Source of the DNA: a virus
Taxonomy: Duplodnaviria > Caudoviricetes
IMG/VR virus record: IMGVR_UViG_3300027707_000105
Coordinates: 1-24,468 of that record
Length of the DNA: 24,468 nt
Direction: 5' to 3' (one strand)
Both the position numbers and the translations under genes were made by a program. Shown here piece by piece: positions 9,651-17,629 of the stretch; the first letter of the stretch is position 1, and each line of letters begins with the position of its first letter. A model generated the notes under the pieces. The model was not told the DNA's origin and ran no database searches. It saw nothing but the letters and a program-made list of their open reading frames with translations.

Positions 9651-10114
9651 TTAGATATATCATTAGGTACGTTTATCGTGAAATCTGTTTGGTAACCTGT
9701 AAGCATATTTTCCATCTCCTTATCTATAACATCGCTATCTGGAGTACCTTCTAACTCCCAACCATCTTTGTATATTGTAGACTGCTTTAAACGGCTCAAT
9801 AATCGATTAATAACATAAAGTTGGTTAGATAGTATATACATAGTATTATCGTTACCGTAAACGCCTATTTCAGCTTCCTTTGATATGTTAACTATATCTA
9901 GGTTAATTACTGTTAAATTAAACGACAAAGTATTCTCGTTATGTCTTATTGAATTTAGCATTATATGGCTCAAAGGAAATATAGTATTTTTAGCCAAATC
10001 AATTTCGGTTAATCTTCCTACTGTTACTTTGTTTACAAATGGATTGCTACTCAATTCCTCGTTTAAAGAATCAATAATATTATACAATGCCTCTACTCCT
10101 TTTTTATCTTCCAT
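9644..10114 (-). CDS. Putative tail terminator/completion protein
   Basis: 156 aa, acidic; IDLAKNTIFPLSHI motif; size and position in the neck-tail module. Confidence 0.5.
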   Translation of the reverse strand: MEDKKGVEALYNIIDSLNEELSSNPFVNKVTVGRLTEIDLAKNTIFPLSHIMLNSIRHNENTLSFNLTVINLDIVNISKEAEIGVYGNDNTMYILSNQLYVINRLLSRLKQSTIYKDGWELEGTPDSDVIDKEMENMLTGYQTDFTINVPNDISKC

Positions 10115-10373
10115 AACGTTTGTTTATTTTTTCTAATTGCTTTGCTCTTAATTCTGCCTTACCTAACTTGTAAGATAAAAACTTTAAGCACAAATGCATA
10201 TTTAATTTTGTGACCTTCTCAATTCTTGTAACATCGTTTTTAGCGAGTTCAGCGAGGCTAGCAAACCATCCCCATTCTTTAGAAAACTGGCTCTCTGTCG
10301 AGTACTCATCTTGCTCATTTCCTGCTCCAAAGAGCAAAGGGTAGATGTCACTAAATCCAAGCCTAAATTCCAA
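10104..10373 (-). CDS. -1 frame extension of the tail assembly chaperone (gpT-like part of a G/GT fusion)
   Basis: Only a TTG start, which lies inside a T9 slippery run; in the -1 frame of 10202..10867; coupled to the next gene. Confidence 0.75.
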   Translation of the reverse strand: MEFRLGFSDIYPLLFGAGNEQDEYSTESQFSKEWGWFASLAELAKNDVTRIEKVTKLNMHLCLKFLSYKLGKAELRAKQLEKINKRYGR

Positions 10374-10867
10374 AAAAAAACCCTAGCACCTAATACAATA
10401 TTTATAGGCATATCTTTTAGTATCTCGTGGTACTTGTCTCCCTCGTACTTCTCTATTAAATATTTACCGTCTTTGCCTCTTCCTGTTACTGGTCTATATA
10501 ATACTCCCATAGCTGTAACTATATCCTCTAAATTGTCTATGTTATTATTCAAGTCTAGAAATTCTCCAAATGAAAGATTATCTAATTTAGGAATAAACCC
10601 AAACTCAATACCTCCTAGTTTAAAACTTTCAATATGCAAAGTATCTCCAGAAAGTAAATCTACTAATATCTTTACTACTTTATTTGCAGAGTCAGCATCT
10701 ATTTGTTTGGCTTGGTCCTCTGTTATTTCGCAGAATATCTCAAGCATTTTTAAACCTAGATATGTCTCTTGGTTTTTTTGGCTCTTGCTATATTCAAACT
10801 CTTTCAAATACCTTTGGTACTTACTTAAACTAATCTCCTCTAGTGTGCTTGGTACTATTAATTTCAT
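10202..10867 (-). CDS. Tail assembly chaperone (gpG-like)
   Basis: 221 aa; EFGFIPKLDNLSFGEFLDL, MGVLYRP and VLGARVFFW motifs; slippery site at the VFF codons. Confidence 0.7.
   Translation of the reverse strand: MKLIVPSTLEEISLSKYQRYLKEFEYSKSQKNQETYLGLKMLEIFCEITEDQAKQIDADSANKVVKILVDLLSGDTLHIESFKLGGIEFGFIPKLDNLSFGEFLDLNNNIDNLEDIVTAMGVLYRPVTGRGKDGKYLIEKYEGDKYHEILKDMPINIVLGARVFFWNLGLDLVTSTLCSLEQEMSKMSTRQRASFLKNGDGLLASLNSLKTMLQELRRSQN
10372..10383 (-). other. Programmed -1 ribosomal frameshift site (AGG GTT TTT TTT TGG; heptamer T TTT TTT)
   Basis: Nine Ts in the correct X XXY YYZ phase exactly where the overlapping -1 ORF begins. Confidence 0.75.
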
Positions 10868-10870
10868 AAC

Positions 10871-10898
10871 TATATAACGTTTGATTTATTTATTTGTG
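10871..10898 (-). promoter_or_regulatory. Putative late promoter, CACAA-N14-CGTTATATA, for the tail operon
   Basis: Exact ACGTTATATA 3 nt upstream of the chaperone ATG; upstream element diverged. Confidence 0.65.
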
Positions 10899-10902
10899 AG
10901 TC

Positions 10903-12099
10903 TTATTTTATTGCGTATGTACCTCTGTTTTTTAATTCTTTGATTGCTTGGTAAGATAATGCTAAACTAATTACACTGTCATCGTGTACTCCTTGTGGTG
11001 CAGAATATTGTACGTTACGTGTTGTTTGGTTGTATATGTACGTGAATGCTTCTAACTCATCTATTAGCCAACTGATATTTAATATCTGTATGTCTTTCTG
11101 CTCAAACAATACTGCCAAGTCTTCAATCATTATAGGCTTGGTCTTTGTGGTTGTTACAAATGGATATACCCTTTTACCGCATATCTTTTTTAGCATCTCA
11201 TAAAATACGTCTCCTTGGTTGTTTACCTCGACATATACTTTCGCATTGTACTCGTTTATCTTTACTGCTACTTTCTCTATAATTCTAGTCCACTCGTTGT
11301 GTCTCCACCTTTCGCAATATACTATTTGCTTGTGTTCGTTTATAATAGTTAGTACTGTGTAGTCATCTGCTCGTCCAATATCTAATCCTCCATAGTATAC
11401 ATTTGAGTTTGTTGGCTCTCCTATGCACTCTCTTACATTTGCAAATAGTCCACTTGAATTGTCTAGGAATTCTGCTAGGTATTCCTGTCTAAATATGTGA
11501 CTAGGTAAACTTCTCTTTCGCTCTTCTAAATCTAACTCATTAATAAATGGAGTATCGTAAGATGTAAAGTGAAAGTACTTATATCGATTGTCGTAATTAG
11601 GTTGGAGTGATAGTGTGTGAAAATGATTTTTTCCTTTTGGTGTAGATATGAATATTACTTTTTTACCTTTGACTAATACGGTTGCAGAAAGTACCTCGCT
11701 CCATAGTTCCTCTCTAGTAAATGCAACCTCATCAATTATTAAATAGTCAAATGTATTTCCTCTAATATTATCTGGTCTTTCTCCAGAGAAAAAAGATATA
11801 GTACTTCCAAATCCTTTAACTGTTAACTCACTTTGGTTAAAATCAAAAAAGCCACTTGTCCTAGTGGCCTTCTCTAGTTCGCTAAATACTTTTTTACCTT
11901 GCTTATATACTGGAGTAACCCAAGCAATATTACATCCTCTATTATTAATTGCCCAATATAACATTTGGTTTATAGCCAACATCGTTTTACCAAACTGCCT
12001 CCCGATATTTAAGACATAGTATTTGTATGGCTCATTATTAATTGAATCGTGAATCTGCCTCTGGTTTATATGTGGCTTATATCCTTTTATGCTACTCAT
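10903..12099 (-). CDS. terL: Terminase large subunit
   Basis: Walker A GRQFGKT, Walker B YLIIDE, motif III ISTPKG, nuclease GLDIG...DYT...HDDSV; likely start is ATG 12099, overlapping the terS stop. Confidence 0.95.
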   Translation of the reverse strand: MSSIKGYKPHINQRQIHDSINNEPYKYYVLNIGRQFGKTMLAINQMLYWAINNRGCNIAWVTPVYKQGKKVFSELEKATRTSGFFDFNQSELTVKGFGSTISFFSGERPDNIRGNTFDYLIIDEVAFTREELWSEVLSATVLVKGKKVIFISTPKGKNHFHTLSLQPNYDNRYKYFHFTSYDTPFINELDLEERKRSLPSHIFRQEYLAEFLDNSSGLFANVRECIGEPTNSNVYYGGLDIGRADDYTVLTIINEHKQIVYCERWRHNEWTRIIEKVAVKINEYNAKVYVEVNNQGDVFYEMLKKICGKRVYPFVTTTKTKPIMIEDLAVLFEQKDIQILNISWLIDELEAFTYIYNQTTRNVQYSAPQGVHDDSVISLALSYQAIKELKNRGTYAIK

Positions 12100-12496
12100 C
12101 AAAGTCAAACTTGGTTACACTTACCTCGGTCTGTGTCTTTTCAACTAATCCGTTTAATCTTTGTGTTATACTTGGATTGTACATACCAGCCATACCTCCC
12201 TCAATCTGGTCTTGTCTTACTGCTTTTTTTATCGCGTGACAGATAGGTGCATAGTCGGTGTATCTATTATCTTTATTTTTAAAATAGTCTCCTAAATCGT
12301 CTATAATTTGGTTGTTAAATAACCAGCATTCTAATCCCTCTATTGTGAGTGGTCTTTCTTTTTCTCTTTGTACATTAAAAGCATCTTTGCCTACCCAGTC
12401 TTTAATTAGAAATGGTTTGCTCTTTGTCTCTTTTTTGTACTCTTGAAAATATTCCCATAGTATCTCTGGTGTCTCTATGTATTTTGGCTTGCCCAT
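12092..12496 (-). CDS. terS: Terminase small subunit (P22 gp3-like DNA packaging protein)
   Basis: ETPEILWEYFQEY, RPLTIEGL and GMYNPSITQRLNGL motifs; directly upstream of terL. Confidence 0.85.
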   Translation of the reverse strand: MGKPKYIETPEILWEYFQEYKKETKSKPFLIKDWVGKDAFNVQREKERPLTIEGLECWLFNNQIIDDLGDYFKNKDNRYTDYAPICHAIKKAVRQDQIEGGMAGMYNPSITQRLNGLVEKTQTEVSVTKFDFDE

Positions 12497-12502
12497 ATTT
12501 TG

Positions 12503-12886
12503 TTATTTTAGTTGTTGTTCTTGGAAGTCTATTAAGTTGTGTAATCCTTGTAATCTGTCTGTGTCGTATATGTCTCTTATTCTATTTATAAGTACTGCTT
12601 GTGGATTAGATATTTTTAAAACTTTGCCTCTTATCTCTTCTAGTCTCTTATCGTCTTTACAAGCTAACTCGTAATTGTTTACAGAGTGAATAACTGTGGC
12701 GTGATTGTAATTTTTTCCTTTGCTCTTGTATATGTCTGCTATACTATGTAACGTTAAATTAAAATCTTTGCGTAGTATGTAGCAGAATAAACTTCTTGCA
12801 TCTATTATTGGTCTCTTTCGTGAGTTCTCAAATACATTTACTTTTAGTGTATCTTTTATCTCGTTGGCTATTAATTTGTATTCCAT
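12503..12886 (-). CDS. Stand-alone DnaA C-terminal (domain IV) helix-turn-helix protein
   Basis: SRKRPIIDARSLFCYILR...LTLHSIA...NHATVIHS parallels the DnaA IV basic loop and DHTTVLHA signature; no AAA+ domain. Confidence 0.8.
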   Translation of the reverse strand: MEYKLIANEIKDTLKVNVFENSRKRPIIDARSLFCYILRKDFNLTLHSIADIYKSKGKNYNHATVIHSVNNYELACKDDKRLEEIRGKVLKISNPQAVLINRIRDIYDTDRLQGLHNLIDFQEQQLK

Positions 12887-12896
12887 TTGTTTTTTT

Positions 12897-13517
12897 TTAA
12901 AATAGTTTTTGTTGTGCTACGTGGTTGTTTATTCTCTCTATTGCTTTGTCGTAATATTCTTTATCTAATTCACAAGCGGTTAATTCAAATCCGTAATCGT
13001 GGCAGGCTATTGCAATGCTTCCGCTACCTAAATGAGTATCTAAAATCAAATCGCCTTCTTTTGCAAATTCTTTTAATAACCATTTGTAGAGTTTTATAGG
13101 CTTTTGTGTAGGATGTATTCTTTTTGGGTCAATATTTAATTGTCTAAATATTTTGGCAACACAATCAAAAGAAGTCCAAGCCATTTCCCAAGCAGAAAAA
13201 TTTGGTACATATTTTTGTTTATCCCAACACAAAACACCTCTTGTGCTTGGTAAATAATCAATAAAATAATTGCCACCCCACACAATTTGATTTTTAGATA
13301 TTCTAAAAAGTTCATCGAAATACTCTTGAGTAGGCGTTTCTTTATCCCACCTATTATCAGCATAGTTTGTTAAACTTCCTGTACAATTACCATAACTACT
13401 CCTATGTAAAAGTTTATCAATTCCATAAGGCGGATCTACAATAGCCAAGTCAAAATAGTTATCAGGATACCTTGCCATCAATAACATATTATCCTCGTTT
13501 GTTATTGTTAAACTCAT
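12897..13517 (-). CDS. DNA adenine/N4-cytosine methyltransferase (beta class)
   Basis: DPPY catalytic motif precedes HPTQKP and the LDTHLGSGS SAM-binding motif; likely start is ATG 13517 (ATGA overlap). Confidence 0.92.
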   Translation of the reverse strand: MSLTITNEDNMLLMARYPDNYFDLAIVDPPYGIDKLLHRSSYGNCTGSLTNYADNRWDKETPTQEYFDELFRISKNQIVWGGNYFIDYLPSTRGVLCWDKQKYVPNFSAWEMAWTSFDCVAKIFRQLNIDPKRIHPTQKPIKLYKWLLKEFAKEGDLILDTHLGSGSIAIACHDYGFELTACELDKEYYDKAIERINNHVAQQKLF

Positions 13518-14224
13518 TTTGTTTTTAATTTTAAAAGTAAGTAACATTCTATAAATCTCTCTCGTGCTTTCTGCTTGTATATTTTTTTAAATAGACTAAA
13601 TACTACTCTAATATAATTATAATCGCTTAAACACTCTTTAAATGCACTTTTACAATATGCTTTGCCATATCCTTTGCAGAAGTTTACATTGTCGGCAGTA
13701 TCTCCCATTATCATTTGCTCATAAAAATTATACTTTGCCTCTTGCTCTGTTATGTTATGGTAGCATTGTTTCTTATAATGATAATCATAAATTATACAAG
13801 GCAGTTGCTTATAGTCTTTGTCTATTGAAACAATTATTACTTCGTCTCTTCCAAATGTATCTGTTAAGTTAGTCCAGTAGGTTGCTACTAAATCGTCTGT
13901 CTCTACTCCATAACCTTGCTTGGATTGGTATTGCTCTTTGACATAGTCCTGCAATTCATTTAATATAGGAGGTACTTCTCTGTCTATTCTATTTGCTTTG
14001 TATGTTTTGCTTATCTGTTTACGAAAGTTGCCTCTTGCACCAGCAAATGTTATTACCTTATCTACTTCGTAATCTACTTCAATAGTATTGATTATTTTCA
14101 TTACTACCTCGTTGTATTTGTCTTTGGCCTCTTCTATGTTATGGTAACCACTATCCTCTGGAGTTTCTTTTTGCTTATAACAACTGCTCCATATTAAACT
14201 GTCGGCATCTATTAAAACTATCAT
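13514..14224 (-). CDS. 5'-3' exonuclease (T7 gp6 / Pol I 5' nuclease-like)
   Basis: LIDADS, NFRK...YKANR, ETDD, SIDKD and GDTADN...KGYGK motifs. Confidence 0.9.
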   Translation of the reverse strand: MIVLIDADSLIWSSCYKQKETPEDSGYHNIEEAKDKYNEVVMKIINTIEVDYEVDKVITFAGARGNFRKQISKTYKANRIDREVPPILNELQDYVKEQYQSKQGYGVETDDLVATYWTNLTDTFGRDEVIIVSIDKDYKQLPCIIYDYHYKKQCYHNITEQEAKYNFYEQMIMGDTADNVNFCKGYGKAYCKSAFKECLSDYNYIRVVFSLFKKIYKQKARERFIECYLLLKLKTK

Positions 14225-14337
14225 ATTGTTACCAGTCTATTGATTTGTTCTATTTGCTCATCTAGTTCTTTTTTGGCTCTTTCTCTCTCTGCTATTATTT
14301 GTTTGAGGATGGCTTCTGTTTTAGTTAATTCATTCAT
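14221..14337 (-). CDS. Small coiled-coil protein, 38 aa (MNELTKTEAILKQIIAERERAKKELDEQIEQINRLVTI)
   Basis: Translated by hand; A-rich leader; ATGA overlap with the exonuclease start. Confidence 0.65.
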   Translation of the reverse strand: MNELTKTEAILKQIIAERERAKKELDEQIEQINRLVTI

Positions 14338-14394
14338 TTTATTTTTTGTTTTGGTTATAATGCAGTTTATAGTATGCTGCTCCACTTTCTTTTT

Positions 14395-14679
14395 TTATTT
14401 TAATTCATATTTAAATGTAAATCCTTTCATTTTTTTAGCACAATCTGCACCTAAAAAAAAGACTCCTTGCGGATATGAGCCAGTCAATTCGAAACAATTA
14501 TCACCATTAACAAAAGATGGATTAACTGCGTCCCAAGACTCATTCATTAATACTGCATCTACTAAACCATTTTTCATTGGCTTACCGCAACATATACACT
14601 GATTATCATTAGTCCCATATTTTTCCTCGTTTTTTTCTTTGATTGGAGAAACATAAAGTTCCATTGTTAAATTTTCCAT
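14395..14679 (-). CDS. Hypothetical protein, possibly Zn-binding (CICCGK...GADC)
   Basis: ORF track entry; likely start is ATG 14679, since the 14715 start overlaps the promoter. Confidence 0.7.
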   Translation of the reverse strand: MENLTMELYVSPIKEKNEEKYGTNDNQCICCGKPMKNGLVDAVLMNESWDAVNPSFVNGDNCFELTGSYPQGVFFLGADCAKKMKGFTFKYELK

Positions 14680-14712
14680 AATATTTGTTTTTGTTTTAGT
14701 ATTATTATGGCA

Positions 14713-14749
14713 CAAACTTAATAAACATTTTGTTAATAAAAAAACTTTT
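14713..14749 (-). promoter_or_regulatory. Bacteroidota sigma-A type promoter (-7 TAAGTTTG) with a 29-bp repeat/operator
   Basis: TAnnTTTG at 14720-14713; 14721-14749 is identical to 20320-20348. Confidence 0.75.
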
Positions 14750-14760
14750 ATTACTTTTTT

Positions 14761-15165
14761 TTAATATTTATTAATTATTGCTGCTTGGGTTTCTGATAAA
14801 AAGTAAACATTTTTGTTTATCAATTCGTTATTATCAAAGTCAGTTGTCGCTTTGCAGTTTAATACACTTGCATCTGGAAGTTCTAAAGTATCTAAATAAT
14901 AAAGATAGTTACCTTTTAAATCAAACACATAGTAAAATTTTAAACAATCCATTTGCATTAACTTATTATACTTATATTGCTCTAGTACTTTAGTATGATA
15001 ATAAGAGTGTCTTAATTTAAATTCTATTACGCAATCTAATCCTTTGGGTGTTTTGCCTCTTGCATCGTAATGCTCATATTCTGCTCCAGTCCATTCCAAT
15101 TCCCAACCGTCTAAATTTAGTATCTTAATTATACCTTGCTCCCATTTGTGGTGCGAATTAATCAT
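14761..15165 (-). CDS. Putative PD-(D/E)XK nuclease-fold protein
   Basis: E...HYDARG...VIEFKLR pattern (D-Xn-E-x-K). Confidence 0.6.
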   Translation of the reverse strand: MINSHHKWEQGIIKILNLDGWELEWTGAEYEHYDARGKTPKGLDCVIEFKLRHSYYHTKVLEQYKYNKLMQMDCLKFYYVFDLKGNYLYYLDTLELPDASVLNCKATTDFDNNELINKNVYFLSETQAAIINKY

Positions 15166-15377
15166 CTTGCTCTAGGCTTTGGATTAGTACTCCAAAATTC
15201 GTTTAAGTCATCTATATAACTTTGTATTATTTTAGGACTACACTTGCAAGGATAGTTTACTTTATGATTAAAATAGTTAGCGTGTAATTGACTTACTTTC
15301 AAATACTCATCGTTTGTTATTGTGCCTCTTAAATTATCTCTAAATGTTTGCCACCATAACCAGTCTTGTTTTGTCAT
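15162..15377 (-). CDS. Hypothetical protein (PCKCS motif)
   Basis: 71 aa; ATGA overlaps on both sides. Confidence 0.7.
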   Translation of the reverse strand: MTKQDWLWWQTFRDNLRGTITNDEYLKVSQLHANYFNHKVNYPCKCSPKIIQSYIDDLNEFWSTNPKPRAR

Positions 15378-15640
15378 CTTCTTTTGATTTTAAAATTTAA
15401 TGCTTTTTGTCTTTTATCGCAATTACAATTAGGATATATTTTTTTAACTAGCCACTTTACTCCTGTAACTCTAAATAAGTATTCTAAATAATCTCCTAAC
15501 TTAAAATATATAAATGTATGGTGGTCTCTTAACTCTTGCTTATAATCTTCTAATTCTTTTCTATACTTTGCCATTTTTTTTTCTTTATAACCAATTTCCA
15601 TATTTACTTTGTTTTGGTTTATTGTTTTATACTCTTTCAT
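15374..15640 (-). CDS. Hypothetical protein (LGD...TGVKWLV...CNCDKRQKALN)
   Basis: 88 aa; coupled to both neighbours. Confidence 0.7.
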   Translation of the reverse strand: MKEYKTINQNKVNMEIGYKEKKMAKYRKELEDYKQELRDHHTFIYFKLGDYLEYLFRVTGVKWLVKKIYPNCNCDKRQKALNFKIKRR

Positions 15641-15729
15641 TACTCTCCTCTTTTAATTAAATAATGCCATAACCAAATTAATTTTGACCTGATAAATTCA
15701 TATGCAAATAATAATAATATATATTTCAT
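15640..15729 (-). CDS. Small hydrophobic protein, 29 aa (MKYILLLFAYEFIRSKLIWLWHYLIKRGE)
   Basis: Translated by hand; ATGA overlap upstream and TAATG overlap downstream. Confidence 0.6.
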   Translation of the reverse strand: MKYILLLFAYEFIRSKLIWLWHYLIKRGE

Positions 15730-15950
15730 AGCTTTTCTATTTCTTGTTTAACTTCAATCCACCATCTTTGTCTAATATTGGGAACTTCAAATTGTGTTTC
15801 ATATATTAATTCATCAACTGCTATTAATGCACATCGTTTTATTAATGAATTAATTTCATCCTCGGTTGTGTTTTCATCGCACCAGCTATTTAATACTATA
15901 GTTGATTCATATTTGTTAAATAATTCGGTTGCTTTTTTTCTTGGTGTCAT
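15726..15950 (-). CDS. Hypothetical protein of the MTPxxKAxEL...CALIAVDE...EVKQEIEKL type
   Basis: 74 aa; sequence pattern I recall from freshwater Bacteroidota phages; coupled. Confidence 0.75.
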   Translation of the reverse strand: MTPRKKATELFNKYESTIVLNSWCDENTTEDEINSLIKRCALIAVDELIYETQFEVPNIRQRWWIEVKQEIEKL

Positions 15951-16135
15951 ACTATTCGTTTTTTAATTTCTATTGCTACTTCGTTCCAGTAGTTTAACTC
16001 TTTTATCTCTCCTTTGTTTTTAGCGTTTTGAATAAGCCCATTTATAACTTCTTTTAAATATGGTAGTGAGTATTTACTCAATAGGTTATCGGCTCTTAAA
16101 TCGCTTGTAAATTGTTCGTGTAAATCAAATTTCAT
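15947..16135 (-). CDS. Hypothetical protein
   Basis: 62 aa; overlaps the sigma stop and the next start. Confidence 0.7.
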   Translation of the reverse strand: MKFDLHEQFTSDLRADNLLSKYSLPYLKEVINGLIQNAKNKGEIKELNYWNEVAIEIKKRIV

Positions 16136-16664
16136 TTTTTATCTGTTGTTTAATTCGTTTAACTGTGTTTCTTATGCTCCAGTAACTTAATTTTGTCTCT
16201 TCGCTTAAATCTGTAATAGAGTAGCTTTCAACAAATATCTTTTGATAAATAAACTTTATATAACAAAGACTTGCTTTGTACTCTGTATGCTCATCTATTG
16301 AGTCAATTTCGTTGTTTAATTCTTTTACCCAATTACTAACCAAATCTTTCTGAAAGTAAAATTTGTCCTCTGAATATTCACTTGGCTCTTCTATTAAAAT
16401 AACATCCTCTATGTTTACTAGTATTTTCTTTTTATTCTTTCTGTAGTCATCTAGGTACATATTTTTTAAAGTAACGTATACAAAAAAGTAATTTACCTCT
16501 TCGCCATCGTACATCAACTCGTTATTTTTTATTTGACTATAATTATAAATTTTAATATACATCTCTTGGACATAGTCCTCTGCGATGTCATCTGGACATC
16601 CAAATGATTTAACATATTTTAACCAAGTGGAATGTTTCAGATAAAGAACATCGAGTATATTCAT
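16125..16664 (-). CDS. Phage-encoded ECF-like sigma-70 factor
   Basis: Region 2 (AEDYVQEMYIKI; FVYVTLKNMYLDDYRK) plus region 4 HTH (SITDLSEETKLSYWSIRNTVKRIK) in 179 aa. Confidence 0.85.
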   Translation of the reverse strand: MNILDVLYLKHSTWLKYVKSFGCPDDIAEDYVQEMYIKIYNYSQIKNNELMYDGEEVNYFFVYVTLKNMYLDDYRKNKKKILVNIEDVILIEEPSEYSEDKFYFQKDLVSNWVKELNNEIDSIDEHTEYKASLCYIKFIYQKIFVESYSITDLSEETKLSYWSIRNTVKRIKQQIKNEI

Positions 16665-16665
16665 T

Positions 16666-17577
16666 TTATAAAAAATTAAGTTGACTTTCTTTTATAGTCC
16701 TTAAAATAGATTTGCCCTCTATACTAAAGCCTACATTATTTTGTAAAGCTACGATTTCTATTGGATTATCAATACTAGTTGGTCTGCCTCCTGTTTCAAT
16801 CTCTTTTATCTTTCGTATATGTAACATTGTAGTTGTGTATAATTGTGGATGTAAAGTTAAACGATGTACTACTATAAAATCGTCGGCCCTATTAACAAAC
16901 TTTCCTCCTCCCTCTACATCACTTGCCATTGGTGGAAGTGGATGCCCAGCAAATTGGTGGTCGTTTCTATAAACCATTCTTAAAGCGTTTGTGTTTGCGT
17001 GAGTATTTAACCATAAACTAACTTTAAATTCTTTGCAAAACATTCTCATTTCTGTACAGGCTTGGTAATCGTATTCGTGACCTCCTAAATTTTTCATTAA
17101 ATCGTTATCTTTAATTAAAGCATTATAAGGGTCAAGTAATATGCCATTATAATTAAATTGCTTTTTTACACTTTTGAACATATCAATAGCAGAATGATAA
17201 TCATACATCTTTGCATTATCAACAAACTTAAAGTGACTATTAATAAAATCGGTGTGAGTTTTAAAATTGCTTTCAGAAACTAAATTTATAGGTGTTTCAT
17301 CCAGGAACTCAACTAACTTTCTTATTAGTGAGTAGGAATCATTTTCGGTGCTGCATACTAACCATTTCAAATCGTGCTTTAAAGAGTAACAAAGCATTAA
17401 ATAAAGAATGCTAGTAGTTTTACCTACGTTTGCGTGTCCAAGTACTATATTGAAATTTGATGTCTTAAAACGTATGTATTCGTCTAATTGAGGGATATCT
17501 AGTTTTAATCCCTCTTTTAGTTTACCACTTCTAATCTGGCGGAGTATATCTAGTTGTTTGTTGTAATCTATTAGCAT
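16666..17577 (-). CDS. DnaB/RecA-fold replicative helicase, no primase domain
   Basis: Walker A GHANVGKT, STEN, Walker B ILLDPYN, NTHAN and GGKFVNRADD motifs; likely start is ATG 17577 after an A-rich leader. Confidence 0.8.
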   Translation of the reverse strand: MLIDYNKQLDILRQIRSGKLKEGLKLDIPQLDEYIRFKTSNFNIVLGHANVGKTTSILYLMLCYSLKHDLKWLVCSTENDSYSLIRKLVEFLDETPINLVSESNFKTHTDFINSHFKFVDNAKMYDYHSAIDMFKSVKKQFNYNGILLDPYNALIKDNDLMKNLGGHEYDYQACTEMRMFCKEFKVSLWLNTHANTNALRMVYRNDHQFAGHPLPPMASDVEGGGKFVNRADDFIVVHRLTLHPQLYTTTMLHIRKIKEIETGGRPTSIDNPIEIVALQNNVGFSIEGKSILRTIKESQLNFL

Positions 17578-17599
17578 TTGTTTTGTTTTGTTAAATAAT

Positions 17600-17621
17600 G
17601 GCTGGACTATTACATCCAGCC
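17600..17621 (-). other. Intergenic RNA hairpin GGCUGGA-UGUAAUAG-UCCAGCC between ssb and helicase
   Basis: Perfect 7-bp GC-rich stem; same loop as 806-827. Confidence 0.65.
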
Positions 17622-17629
17622 TATTATAT

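Noticed and set aside
10113-10120. AACGTTAT resembling the late-promoter -10 element
   Set aside because: Overlaps the ATG itself, lacks the ATA tail and has no correctly spaced upstream element
12049-13363. Minus-strand alternative-frame ORFs 12049..12246 and 13136..13363
   Set aside because: Nested in terS/terL and the methyltransferase; no slippery site or recognisable features
14362-14385. GC-richer intergenic motif GTGGAGCAGCATACTATAAACTGC with a GCAG/CTGC stem
   Set aside because: Only a 4-bp stem and one copy in the window; cannot be supported without comparative data
12897-15165. Methyltransferase plus PD-(D/E)XK protein as a type II restriction-modification system
   Set aside because: Genes are separated by three ORFs and a promoter, and the nuclease is small; orphan methyltransferases and resolvase-like nucleases are common in phages
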